DNA of 64,000 nucleotides, from contig NIVC01001393.1 in NCBI GenBank assembly GCA_002269645.1, positions 162,481 to 226,480 on the forward strand, in the 5' to 3' direction. How positions within the stretch are numbered: the stretch's first letter is position 1; the number at the start of each line of letters is the position of its first letter. The stretch is from Macrostomum lignano (lineage: Eukaryota). Below are positions 11,239-22,110 of the stretch, in pieces. The notes beneath the pieces are model-generated. The model searched no databases. It worked only from the letters and a program-made list of their open reading frames with translations, and had not been told where the DNA came from. A program made the translations under genes and the position numbers.

Positions 11239-11800
11239 ATTAATACCCATGCTTTAAGGGCGTTAATGGGAAAATCAGAGGGCGCCATTAGGCGTTAGGC
11301 GTTAGGCTACCGTTAGGCGCCCGAGGATTTCTCATTAACGCCCTTAAAGCATGGGTATTACTATCATTGTGCCATAGACATTTGTGTCCTTGACAAAGTG
11401 GGACAAAATTAGCGGGCAGCTAATGATATTAACTGCCCGCTAATTGCATTAGAGTAAGTTTGAAATAGACAATCGGGCGTTAAATGTCAATAATCCATAG
11501 AAATAAAGACTTTCCGTGACAATATTTGCGTTCTCCGGGATTTTATTTGGTAATATTCAATAATATCCCGTAAAGTCTTTATGTCTATGGTTTATACGAG
11601 ATTACACATGCCTTTTTCGGGAGTTATTTTCATAAATCCCTCGGGCCTCAGGCCCTCGTGATAACTCCCTCAAAAGGCATGTTTGCCCGCTAATGCCCGC
11701 TAATTTGCATTAAAGTAAGTGTGACTCCTGCAAGCGGGCTTAAATGTAGTTTATGGCATTAGAAGGCAAGAATAAGTGCCCAGCGGGCACAAAGGTCATC
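11239..11800. mobile_element. Palindrome-rich insertion inside the left end of element B (Crypton-like non-autonomous element?)
   Basis: Bounded by GTAC direct repeats (11235-11238, 11801-11804); 120-bp hairpin at 11241-11360; small hairpin CTCGGGCCTCAGGCCCTCG near 11640; repeated GCCCGCTAAT; contains a 94-bp IR unit at 11496-11589. Confidence 0.45.
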
Positions 11801-11990
11801 GTACGATGCCGATTCGAGCATTTTTGTTTAAAAAATCGGTGCAAGAATTGAAATCACACCAGCCTACTCTTGTTGTGAAGCTTTGATAAGTAGGTAGTAG
11901 TTGAGTTTTTGCCATAGACTATTCAAAGAGCGACTTTTATTCTTTGCTTTCAAATGAAAATTAAGTTCAGTCTGAGCGTTTCTGCGCAGC

Positions 11991-12637
11991 ATGGCTGGAA
12001 AATCCAGACTCCAGTGCGCAGCCTATGGATGCCCAAACTATGCCTACAAGTGCCCTCCGGACACCCGATTTCATCGATTTCCGTCAAGCCGCGAGAGGTG
12101 AGTAAACTTATTATATGAGGGGTCTTTCAAAAGTTCGTAGAAAAGCCATCTCCCCTTAAACATATGCCCTTGAAAATTTTCCATTCTCCAAGCTTTCTCC
12201 TCCATTCTCCAGGAGGCTGGCTGCTTTTCAAGCTATTCAAATCTGAGGAAAAGTGCGAGGAGTGCCAGCAGTCGTTAAAAGGCGATGGCTCGGGAGAGAT
12301 GCGCTTCCTGCAGCTTAAGAACGGACAGGGCGGGACTGGAAATCTGATCATTCCCAACAAGGCAGTCATATCTGCAGTCTGTCAGATGGAGCGCTCCTTC
12401 ACGACAACGGACAAAGAGCTTCTGAAGGACGTGAGCAAACGGCTTCAGGAAAAGTTCTTTCCCATTGTTCTTGCAAATATTCAGACGCACAGCTCGGATC
12501 ACGGCGAACGCTGTGCTAAGGCAATGGCCAAGTTGTTTGCCAGACTTCGCCTGCATCACTGGTGCAACAGTCAGAGGACGCTCGCTCAGCAGAGAAAGCG
12601 GGGGCGTGCGACAGGAATAATGAGAGCTGAAGACTAA
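11991..12637 (+). pseudogene. THAP/P-element transposase remnant: THAP start exon (11991-12097) and C-terminal segment (12213-12637); catalytic core deleted
   Basis: MAGKSRLQCAAYGCPN...RFHRFP (THAP C-x4-C, FHxFP), GTGAGT donor; GGWLLFKL...KCEECQQSL...GNLIIPNKAV...LFARLRLHHWC matches P/THAP9-like C-termini. Exon phases are incompatible. Confidence 0.7.
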
Positions 12638-13068
12638 AGAGAGGAAGAAGCTGATGCGATTAAATGCTGTTTAACTGTAGTTTAACTCTGATGCGAATGA
12701 ATTCTGCTTAACTGGAGTTCTTCAGAGTGTTTGGTTTGTTTAGATGATAAAATACGAAAAAATGATAAAATTTTACATTTGGTCCTCCAAGTGGGATCTC
12801 TGACTACCTGCGAGACTTTGCTAAATTATTCTTCGCTAATTTTATACTACTGGCCATAGACTTCACAACAAGAGTAGTGCACACGAATTTTAATTCGGCT
12901 TCATGGAAATCGCTCGATTTGGCATTCTGTGTATATTCTGTGAGTATAGAGTGCCAATAAGGATGAAAATCTGAAGCCAATTTTTAGAATCCACCCACCC
13001 CCTCCGGTCACCAAGCTTTTTAGTCTATGGCACAAGTTGTGGCTAGAATGGTGTACAAAGCCGATGCT

Positions 13069-13134
13069 TAAGATTAATACAGATGCATCAGAAACACAGT
13101 TATTGCAATTAGCTACCGCGCACTTTAGTGGCAT
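13069..13134 (-). pseudogene. Truncated THAP N-terminus inside element A
   Basis: MPLKCAVANCNN (THAP C-x4-C start) running into the left TIR. Confidence 0.5.
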
Positions 13135-13459
13135 GGCTTTTGTTGTTCAGACGTAAGGGCTATGGCATGGCTGTTACGGAGTTGTGTATCGATGACGGCA
13201 ACTGAGTCTGGTGACTGAGCGATGTTGTCTTGCTTATTTGATACATGCATTTTCTAAGTGTGAAATGTCTTATATTTCTGAGCATCGGCTTTGTACACCA
13301 TTCTAGCCACAACTTGTGCCATAGACTAAAAAGCTTGGTGACCGGAGGGGGTGGGTGGATTCTAAAAATCAGCTTCAGATTTTCGTCCTTATTGGCACTC
13401 TATACTAGGCGACCTCAATACTCTTTGGTGTAGCTATATGTAAATATGCATCCGTGAAT

Positions 13460-13710
13460 TTGACTTGACTTACTTGACTTAGCTGCAGGAGGCATCGTCC
13501 GGCGGATGCAGCGAGGAGGCGGAGGAGACCGTCCATTTTGCTAGGCCCTGGCGACCAATGACTTCCATCGAAGTGATGTCGCTTAGGGGGACCCGTCGGT
13601 CTCGCCTGCAACACGGTCCTCCTCACCGGCAGTGGGGAAGAACTCAGCTCGTCCCGTGTCCTTAAGGTACCGAGAGCGGTATGCTCTCAGGCCTTCAAAC
13701 GTTCCTGCAT
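13460..13710 (-). mobile_element. 5'-truncated LINE 3' end (RTE-like) with (TCAAG/TAAG)n tail
   Basis: GC-rich decayed coding segment ending in AAGTCAAGTAAGTCAAGTCAA on the minus strand, a short-repeat tail typical of RTE elements. Confidence 0.45.
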
Positions 13711-14149
13711 CTGTGAATTTAGTCTGTGACAGAAACTGACGATCATTTTTTGCATGATTAAAACAGTTTCCTTAGCCATCTAAGAGACAAAAATATGAGT
13801 AGTTCCTTAGTTTCTTAATCATTTAAATAATGGTATATTCTTCTGCAGTCGGCACTGCAGATGAGTGCATTGACTAGCGTTTCCCTATAGGCTAGCAGTC
13901 TATGGTAAAAGAAAGACAATAACACGCAGTCTCGTAAGAAGTCTCTTTGGCCATAGACAATTTGAACAGAACAGTCATTTAAGCGAGCATCAGTAAGAAC
14001 TGTTTGCTGCGAGATATAAAGCTTGGGCAAATGCTACTTGAGTATGCAGAACTAAATTAATTAAAAGCGAGACATGTCTACATCTTCTAAACTTCTACCG
14101 CCGTTACTTAACTACAACGCTCTGCCGACGGATGAGATTAGTGGCGTCA

Positions 14150-14758
14150 GTGGCGCCAAAGCCCCTTAAAGGACTGCCTGGTCAACAGTTCCGGTTCTCT
14201 GAGAAATGTGCACGGGGATTTCGATTCCTAAAAGATTTCATGAAGACCCTGAGTGCTAAAGCTGGATTGAGTAAAAATTACACTAATCACTGTATCCGGT
14301 AAGTGTTGACCTCTGTTCAAGAATGATAAATGTTTTACAATATTCGTTCAATAATTATTTATTCTATAACTTTCAGTGTCACTAGAGTATGCGACCTTGA
14401 AAGCCGTGGCCATTCGTTGCCAAGCATTATGATGGTAACGGGACACAAATGCGAAAAGACCGTGAAGCGATACTTAAGCACGCGCCGCGATCGGAGTTTG
14501 TTTAAGAGTTCCGAGGTCGTACACGATGCATTGCATCGTGACATTCCAAGCGCTGGTGAACAGGCCTCTGGTTCCGGCTTGTGTGCTGCTGAAAAATTTG
14601 ATAAACCTACCGCCTGCACATCCGTGTTGACTGTCGCCAGCAGCAGTGTCGCTACGGTATCGCACAACAAACCTGTTCAAATCCAAGCTAGCCCGGCAAA
14701 AAAAATGCGTGTCAATATCGATGGCGGTAATAATTTGATAAGTATTGAATTTGAGTAA
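14150..14758 (+). pseudogene. Crypton-like tyrosine recombinase remnant YR1 (C-terminal half; intron 14299-14376)
   Basis: Spliced FMKTLSAKAGLSKNYTNHCIR|VTRVCDLESRGHSLPSIMMVTGHKCEKTVKRYL contains HxxR, TGH and the catalytic Tyr; GTAAGT...TTTCAG intron splits the Arg codon. Confidence 0.8.
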
Positions 14759-15005
14759 CGACTTTTTTGACAAGAATTTTAAACAATTTGTTGCTCGAAA
14801 AGGCTATTAACAAAAAACGTTTAATTGTGTCAAATACGTTTTTTTTACTCCGTATCGTTTGCACGTTTGTCAGTTTTTCGTTATTATGAAATAAAAACCA
14901 TAGACTATAACTTGCATACATGTTGACTTTTTATCTATGGACAAAAACACGCAAGTGTGGACAATAACACGCATCCCAAATGCGTGTTAATGGGTAGCGA
15001 AATGC

Positions 15006-15130
15006 TTGTCAATGGTAAGTTGTGTATGCGGTTGCCGAGATAGACAATAAGAAATTGTCACGAGTGGCGAAGCCACGAGTGACAATTCTTATTGTCTATG
15101 AGGCAACCGCATACACAACAACATTGACAA
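15006..15130. other. About 125-bp imperfect palindrome with GCGAAGC apex
   Basis: GTTGTGTATGCGGTTGCC (15019-15036) pairs with GGCAACCGCATACACAAC (15102-15119); inner TAGACAATAAGAA.TTGTCAC arms; apex GTGGC-GAA-GCCAC (15064-15076). Confidence 0.85.
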
Positions 15131-15463
15131 ACGCACCCGACAAGATTTCCTCCGTTGCACAAACCGTCATTGAGCAACGTTGCTCAATGACGGTATAAAA
15201 ATAGCTCTACTTGTTCGTGAGGATTGGCTGGGCAGAGGAGAAGGATGGACCATAGACAAAAAAACATTGGCTAAAGCTGACGGAAGGATGGAAGGAAGGA
15301 AGGAAGGCAAGAGTAGAAGCCCCAAGCCTGAACAGTCTGAACCACCAGTGAGCGCCTTAAACTTGCAAATGATAAATTGGGCTAATCTACCTGTTGACGC
15401 CTTAAACGGTGTCACCGCACCAGAGTTGCGACTCTTGACGCATCTAAGTTCGGCCGATCATAG

Positions 15464-16012
15464 GATCATGGCAAACAGCTGGAGCTGCTACAGCTATACG
15501 GCGCAACCCTGCCAGCTGAGACGAAGGATGACACCTTCTTTCCCCGGCCAATGCCCAACAAGAACGGTCAGGTCGTGTATTCGGCGAAGCAGACGCGCGG
15601 GATCAACTGGCTGGGCTCCCTGATGCAGCGCCTCAGTCAGGTCTGCACATTGTCTAAGCGGTACACCAATCATTGCATCCGCGTGACGCGGATCGCAGAT
15701 CTGCGGGACGCCGGATTCACCATCAATGACATCATGAGCATCACGGGCCAGCAGAGTGAGGCGACCGTGCGACGGTACCTGTCACGCAAGCGAGATCGCA
15801 CGATGAGGGATCTGGCAACGTCTGTGAGCGACGCACTGGTCCGGCATGTGGAGGGCGAATCGGAGCCCGCCCCACGGGTGGTGTCAAGTGCGACTAGCAA
15901 CGTGAGCAACAGAGCCGTCAGCGTTACGGGCCGCAACTACGCTGCGGTATTTGGTGACTGCAGTTTCACCAACTGCACTTTCACGATCGGACCGCCCCAG
16001 GAGCCCCACTGA
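15464..16012 (+). pseudogene. Crypton-like tyrosine recombinase remnant YR2 (C-terminal half, no intron)
   Basis: LQLYGATLP...FFPRP...LMQRLSQVCTLSKRYTNHCIRVTRIADLRDAGFTINDIMSITGQQSEATVRRYL...FGDCSFTNCTFTI; box I is absent. Confidence 0.82.
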
Positions 16013-16499
16013 GCATCTGCATCTGTATTTTGACAATGGACAGAGGGAGTGCAGCACATGCTGCTGTCAGTTGCGTTACTGTTTCAATTGCGCTAATTGT
16101 TTCAAATCGTTTCAATTCGTTTTTGCCTAAAATAAAGTCAAAAAGGCCAATCTGTTTGGCGTGGCCTGGCGTGGCCATAGACATCCGTCTACCGTTGAAC
16201 AATCATGATTATTGGGTCTGAGTGGGGAAGTTGGTCAATGCCCACTAATTTTAAACCATATAGTGTGCTGGACAAAAGTTGCAGCAGCATGCTTGAGAGA
16301 AAATATCTGGCTATAAAAAAATACGAAATACCCTACCGCAGAACTTTATAGAAGCAAATTTAAAGCAGTCAACTACAGTTTATGAGAGAGCTATTCAGAC
16401 TTCATGGACTCTGCTTAAACTTCAGAGGTCCAATCAGCCTTGGACTAAAGTTCCGCAACACGCATCAGCAGCTAGAAGAGTGTAGAAGAGTCTGAACTA

Positions 16500-16734
16500 G
16501 AAGAGCCAGTTCAACAGCGCCTCCCACATGTTTGTACCACCTTCAACTGGTTGCCTCCTTTTGGCTGCGTTTCAACTCAGCACGCCTCCTGAAATCTCTT
16601 AATGATGTTGTCGGCTGCTATATTCCCAGCTGATTGGCCAACAAAATCCAGTCCTCGGCGGCGCGATTAAAAGCATTGATCAATCTCTGACAATCGAGTC
16701 GAGAAATTTGCGCATAGTTGCCACGCTGCGCCAT
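16500..16734 (-). pseudogene. Decayed Tc1/IS630-like transposase N-terminal HTH
   Basis: MAQRGNYAQISRLDCQRLINAF...EDWILLANQLGI, frameshift, NIIKRFQEA..VETQPKGGNQLKV; Tc1-like TIR motif GTGCTGGACAAAAGTT near 16264. Confidence 0.45.
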
Positions 16735-17016
16735 TGCGCCCTCGAAATTCCACATTGACAACTAGCAAAATTCTATGTTAATAAGATTGTCATTAACTTT
16801 TCTTAGCTCAAGTGTCCCTTTTCAGGATATCAATGAATGAAATTTCGTCTCGAATTTTCGTAGTCTATGGTAAAACAAGTTCCAACCAAGTATGCTTTTA
16901 TATTTGAAAAGAAATTATACTTTTATAGGATTATTATGATTTTGTTTTCTTTTACGCTTTCGTACTTTTATAATTTCGTAACAGTAACGCAACAATTTTC
17001 GGCTTGTTAGTTTATT

Positions 17017-17509
17017 TCATTCAATCAAACGACGTTTTACTTTTTCCAAGCTACTGCTTACCAACGATCCAGTTAGATTAAACGTGCAATTCTGGAAGGT
17101 CCCGTTGAAGTTCACGACGATTGCAGCCGGCTCTGATTGCCGTTCTCCATACTTGGTTTCAATAGCCATTGTCTCACTGATCGCCACTTCACCATCCTGA
17201 CCAACACGACGGATAGAGACCTGGGAGGCGCTTGTCTCGACGCTCAGCGCTGATGACATCGCACGGAAGTCGGCATCGCGCCTCACTCGCGTATAGCGCT
17301 CTACGCTCGCTGAATTCTTGTGGCCGGTGTTAACTGCGATGGTCCTGATCTTCGCTTAGGTCCTTAATCTCTTCAGCGTCTAGTTGTCGAGCGAACACGC
17401 CACTCAATTCTTCCAAATAGCGGGTTGCTGACTCTGACGACACCCAATTCAACTCCTCTGTTGACAGACCACTAATAAGTTGGTCGGGCAGATTCGCATA
17501 GTTCAACAT
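17017..17509 (-). pseudogene. Crypton-like tyrosine recombinase remnant YR3 (putative N-terminus joined out of frame to the extreme C-terminus)
   Basis: KIRTIAVNTGHKNSASVERYTRVRRD...NFNGTFQNCTFNL (TGH, catalytic Tyr, Crypton-type tail). Upstream piece from ATG 17509 lies in another frame; junction about 17355. Confidence 0.7.
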
Positions 17510-18054
17510 TCTTAGTCAGTAGTTGATTAGACAGACAGAACTTTCTAGAATCGTTGCTTCAAAACGCGGCTCCCTAGCCCTGTCCTCTCGATCAATCAAA
17601 GTGTTTAGTCTATGGCACAAAGATTTGCCCATCCACCGAAAAAAATAGCCTTCGACCATAGACTTTCTCAACTTCCTGCCTATCTCTAACATAGTGCCCG
17701 CAAATTTCCACGTTGTTACCCGCAAATTTCTTGCATTGATTAAGTTAATGACAATAATTTTTTGTCGCTCGGAAGTACCATAGACAAAATATTTGGTTGA
17801 AATTGTATGGCCATAGGCTGCTTATCATAGTTTTTGGCCATAGACTATGTTTTCAAAGAAGAAAGGCACAGAGGTGAGAGAGAGGATTGAGAAAATGAAA
17901 GCTCTCTAATAACCCTACTACGAGCTAGCTAGAAAAGCATCATGGAGCAGGACGAGGTGGCGTTTCCATGGATGAAGAATATAATTGGATCGCCAAAAGC
18001 TCGATTTTTTGGTCCTAGCCATAGACAAGCACCAGCATCACAAGAAGCTCAAAA

Positions 18055-18934
18055 TGGGATCACAACTCGTACGGCATTCGGCTGCTGTACGGACTGGGAG
18101 AACGGGGCAGAGAGCACCTGTCGAGCTTGGAAATAAAGGATTGGTTGGAGAAGAAAAGCGACTCTGAAGGAAGGATGTAACTTGGAAGGACAAAGAACAG
18201 GGCAGCTGATCAGGCGAAAGCCAAAAGTGACGTCGAAATCAAGCAGGCCAGGATATGACACAGCAATTATAGACGAGTATTTTCTATACAAACCAGTGAA
18301 ATCCTGCCTGGTGAAACGAAGGACACTTCCCTGTTCCCAAGACCGCTAAGAAATTCGCCGACTGGAGCACGGCGGTTTTGTGCTGAGCAGAAGAGAGGCG
18401 TAAACTACCTCATCAACTTCATGAAGACTCTGAGTGGAAAGGCCAAGCTATCCAAAGTGTACACCAACCATGCACTGCATCAGGTAAACCCCTTTGCCCA
18501 AACGTATAGCCTCATGATGCTTACAATTGTGCGATACCTTCTGCCCATTATGTTAGAGTCAGCAGGGTGAGCGACTTAGAAGCAGCTGGACATTCCATGA
18601 CCGACATCATGGCGATAACCGGCCGGAAGTGCGAAAAGACCGTTCGCCGATATCTCTCAATCAGACGTGACAAGCTGCTAAAGAAGTGCAGCGACGCCGA
18701 AAGCAAAGTACTGGACATGGAGAAAAACCTACACCGGATTCAGATGGCCATGTTATTACGAGCGAGCGCCCATCAGCCAGTACAACAGATGGCCCAGCAG
18801 TCAACACAAGCGTCTGCCCAGTCAACATCCAGAGCTCAACGGTCCAGTGGGCGGTCAACTTCGCAAACGTTCATCCAAATGGCAAGAACATCTTCGTCAT
18901 TCAAAACAGCACGTTCAACCAATGCAGTCTGTGA
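18055..18934 (+). pseudogene. Crypton-like tyrosine recombinase remnant YR4 (most complete; intron 18484-18556; stops and frameshifts)
   Basis: LLYGLGERGREHL (box I Arg), GRTKNRA, LFPRPL, FMKTLSGKAKLSKVYTNH[4-nt insertion]CIR|VSRVSDLEAAGHSMTDIMAITGRKCEKTVRRYL, tail IQNSTFNQCSL in a shifted frame. Confidence 0.8.
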
Positions 18935-20656
18935 GAATTCATGAGCAACTGACTCTACAAGCCAAAATATTTCAAGAGACTTTAGCCCTCTTGAAATTTG
19001 AAATTTGATTGTATTTCTTATTGTTTCTTGTCACCTTTTTGTTACTGTGCATTGTTGTATTGTATTGTATTGTTACTGTGGTATACTATTTTTCTAAATA
19101 AATTGTGGACATTATCCACAAGTCATGGACATTATCCAGAACTGTGACGCTAGAACCACAGGCTATAGAGTGAAATCAAAGTTGCGATAGTTTTTACCAT
19201 AGAATATTATCTAAAAGCACTGACTAGCGACAATGTCTGATTCATTTTGCCATAGACTATGAAACCCAGAAAATTCTTTTCCCTCATTCGCTTGCTTGCG
19301 TCTGGCAAAATCAATTGCAAATAGGAAGAATTCTATTGAGGCATATACGAGTATTGTGCTACGCTCGTAAAAATGGTTGCATTTTCTGACCATAACGAGC
19401 GTCATTCAAGTAATCACAATCTGAGCAATAAAAGGTCATCAAGGACCAAGCATTCAACCATCCCATAGGAACAAATTTTCTGTTTGAAATTTTTCTTTAT
19501 TAAGAAATGAACACTTGCATTAGTGCAAGGGTACTTCTCCACAAAAAGAAAGTTTAGTTGCTGAGCTATTATTAATTACTAATAGACTCATTGCTCTAAT
19601 TGAAAGCATTTCTCCGTTTGTGTTTGTGGACGATCAACGCTTCCTAAGCTGGCCCCCGCGAAGTCTCTGGATCCCACGGCAATCGTGCAGAAGCAGACGT
19701 GCTTAAAGAGATTTTTAATTAGGTACTTGTAATTAGCTCTAGGCTACATGTAGCTGTTCCGCCTTAATTAGCAGCTTAAGGGCGGGGCTAGAGCTTTTTT
19801 GAGGTGATCAAGTTTGTTTCAAATCAGACATCTCTGAATTGGATTGTGAAAATTATAAAAAAAATTAATCCATTTTTCTGGCAAAAATGGAACAAAATAA
19901 ATGCATTTACCAGTTGGAGGTTGCTGTGAAACCAAAGCTGAATTTTGCGAACTGACATCTCTTCGTTGATGGTTACCTGAGCTGCTTGCTTTTCAAACGT
20001 ACGACCAGCAATGCATCTAGGATGTCAACCATTGAGCATATGCATTTGGAAATAGAAGCACTTTTAAACAGAATTCTGTAATTCTGTAATGACACCTGTT
20101 TTGTTTGAATTTCATGAAACTTTTCAATAGTTTTCATCTCTGCAGCTGTGAACATTTTTAATCAGATTTATGTAAGATGGCAACACAAATAGTCTGAAAT
20201 GCTTGCGAATAAAAGCAGATTGTGCTCAATAGGCAAGCCCACGCTTTTAGACTGACAATTTGGCTTTCACATTTGCCTTGCTCTAGTGGTGGAAGCATTC
20301 ACCATTACTCTTCAACTTCCATTGTCCTGTGCTCAATGCTCTGTTTTCGAGTTATACCTTCAACCTGCTGGCTGAAAAGCAATTTTTAGCGCAGTTTTTT
20401 TATCTTTCTGTAGGCTTTGGGCCTCGAGGCAGACGGCAGCAGGGCAAACTCTCTCTGGGGCAGTGAAGATTCCATTCTTTTAATTTAGCATGCGCAACAT
20501 GTTACTCTAGTGTTTTATAATAGCTGTGTAGCTAGCATTTCATTTTTCTTTGTTTTCTTTGTACTCCATAAGCCCAAAGTTGTATGCACTAACTGTGTAT
20601 GTATGTAGAAACTAATATGCATTGAGATTGAATTACATTTAAAACAATGGCTTAGG

Positions 20657-22110
20657 AGTCCTCAGACTCAGTCTCCTTACCGCTGGTGGTCCTCAGACTC
20701 AGAGTCTCCTTACCGCTGGTGTTCCTCAGACTCAGTCTCCATACCACTGGTGTTCCTCAGACTCAGTCTCCTTACCGCTGGTGGTCCTCAGACTCAGTCT
20801 CCTTACCGCTGGTGGTCCTCAGACTCAGTCTCCTTACCGCTGGTGGTCCTCAGACTCAGAGTCTCCTTACCGCTGGTGGTCCTCAGACTCAGAGTCTCCT
20901 TACCACTGGTGGTCCTCAGACTCAGAGTCTCCTTACCGCTGGTGGTCCTCAGACTCAGTCTCCTTACCGCTGGTGGTCCTCAGACTCAGTCTCCTTACCG
21001 CTGGTGGTCCTCAGACTCAGTCTCCTTACCGCTGGTGGTCCTCAGACTCAGTCTCCTTACCACTGGTGGTCCTCAGACTCAGAGTCTTCTTACCGCTGGT
21101 GGTCCTCAGACTCAGTCTCCTTACCACTGGTGTTACTCAGACTCAGTCTTCTTACCGCTGGTGTCCTCAGACTCAGAGTCTTCTTACCACTGGTGGTCCT
21201 CAGACTCAGAGTCTCCTTACCACTAGTGGTCCTCAGACTCAGTCTCCTTACCGCTGGTGGTCCTCAGACTCAGTCTCCTTACCACTGGTGGTCCGCAGAC
21301 TCAGTCTCCTTACCACTAGTGGTCCTCAGACTCAGTCTCCTCACCACTAGTGGTCCTCAGACTCAGTCTCCTCACCACTAGTGGTCCCCAGACTCAGTCT
21401 CCTTACCACTAGTGGTCCTCAGACTCAGTCTTCTTACCGCTGGTGGTCCTCAGACTCAGTCTCCTTACCACTAGTGGTCCTCAGACTCAGTCTCCTTACC
21501 GCTGGTGGTCCTCAGACTCAGTCTCCTTACCACTGGTGGTCCTCAGACTCAGTCTCCTTACCGCTGGTGGTCCTCAGACTCAGTCTCCTTACCACTGGTG
21601 GTCCGCAGACTCAGTCTCCTTACCACTAGTGGTCCTCAGACTCAGTCTCCTTACCGCTGGTGGTCCTCAGACTCAGTCTCCTTACCACTGGTGGTCCGCA
21701 GACTCAGTCTCCTTACCACTAGTGGTCCTCAGACTCAGTCTCCTCACCACTAGTGGTCCTCAGACTCAGTCTCCTCACCACTAGTGGTCCTCAGACTCAG
21801 TCTCCTCACCACTAGTGGTCCGGTCCTCAGACTCAGTCTCCTCACCACTAGTGGTCCGGTCCTCAGACTCAGTCTCCTCACCACTAGTGGTCCCCAGACT
21901 CAGTCTCCTTACCACTAGTGGTCCTCAGACTCAGTCTCCTCACCACTGGTGGTCCTCAGACTCAGTCTCCTTACCACTGGTGGTCCTCAGACTCAGTCTT
22001 CTTACCGCTGGTGGTCCTCAGACTCAGTCTCCTTACCACTGGTGGTCCTCAGACTCAGTCTCCTTACCACTGGTGGTCCTCAGACTCAGTCTCCTTACCG
22101 CTGGTGGTCC
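20657..22110 (+). repeat. 31/33-bp minisatellite (GGTGGTCCTCAGACTCAGTCTCCTTACCRCT)
   Basis: About 45 near-identical tandem units. Confidence 0.95.

Larger units (their letters stand above)
11215..12942 (+). mobile_element. Internally deleted P-family element B nested in the left TIR of element A
   Basis: 19-bp TIR CACAGAATATACACAGAAT; subterminal IR CTACTCTTGTTGTGAAG (11864-11880 / 12861-12877); flanked by AGTATAGAG on both sides, which occurs once in the empty right TIR of A. Confidence 0.8.
11185..13427. mobile_element. Non-autonomous P-family element A with 147-bp TIRs, interrupted by element B
   Basis: Termini CAAAG...CTTTG; perfect 8-bp TSD GTGTAGCT (11177-11184, 13428-13435). Left TIR = 11185-11214 plus 12952-13068; right TIR = 13281-13427. 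THAP start codon region lies inside. Confidence 0.85.
10891..19257. other. Cluster of 20 exact CCATAGAC/GTCTATGG 8-mers
   Basis: CCATAGAC at 11372, 11912, 12854, 13319, 13951, 14898, 15250, 16175, 17656, 17778, 17838, 18019, 19250; GTCTATGG at 10891, 11019, 11583, 13023, 13898, 16863, 17608 (counted by eye). Confidence 0.9.

Noticed and set aside
19973-20155. hAT dimerisation-like tail (ILDALLVVRL); similar weak hint at about 60060-60180
   Set aside because: Only a few residues match, and I found no TIR or TSD.
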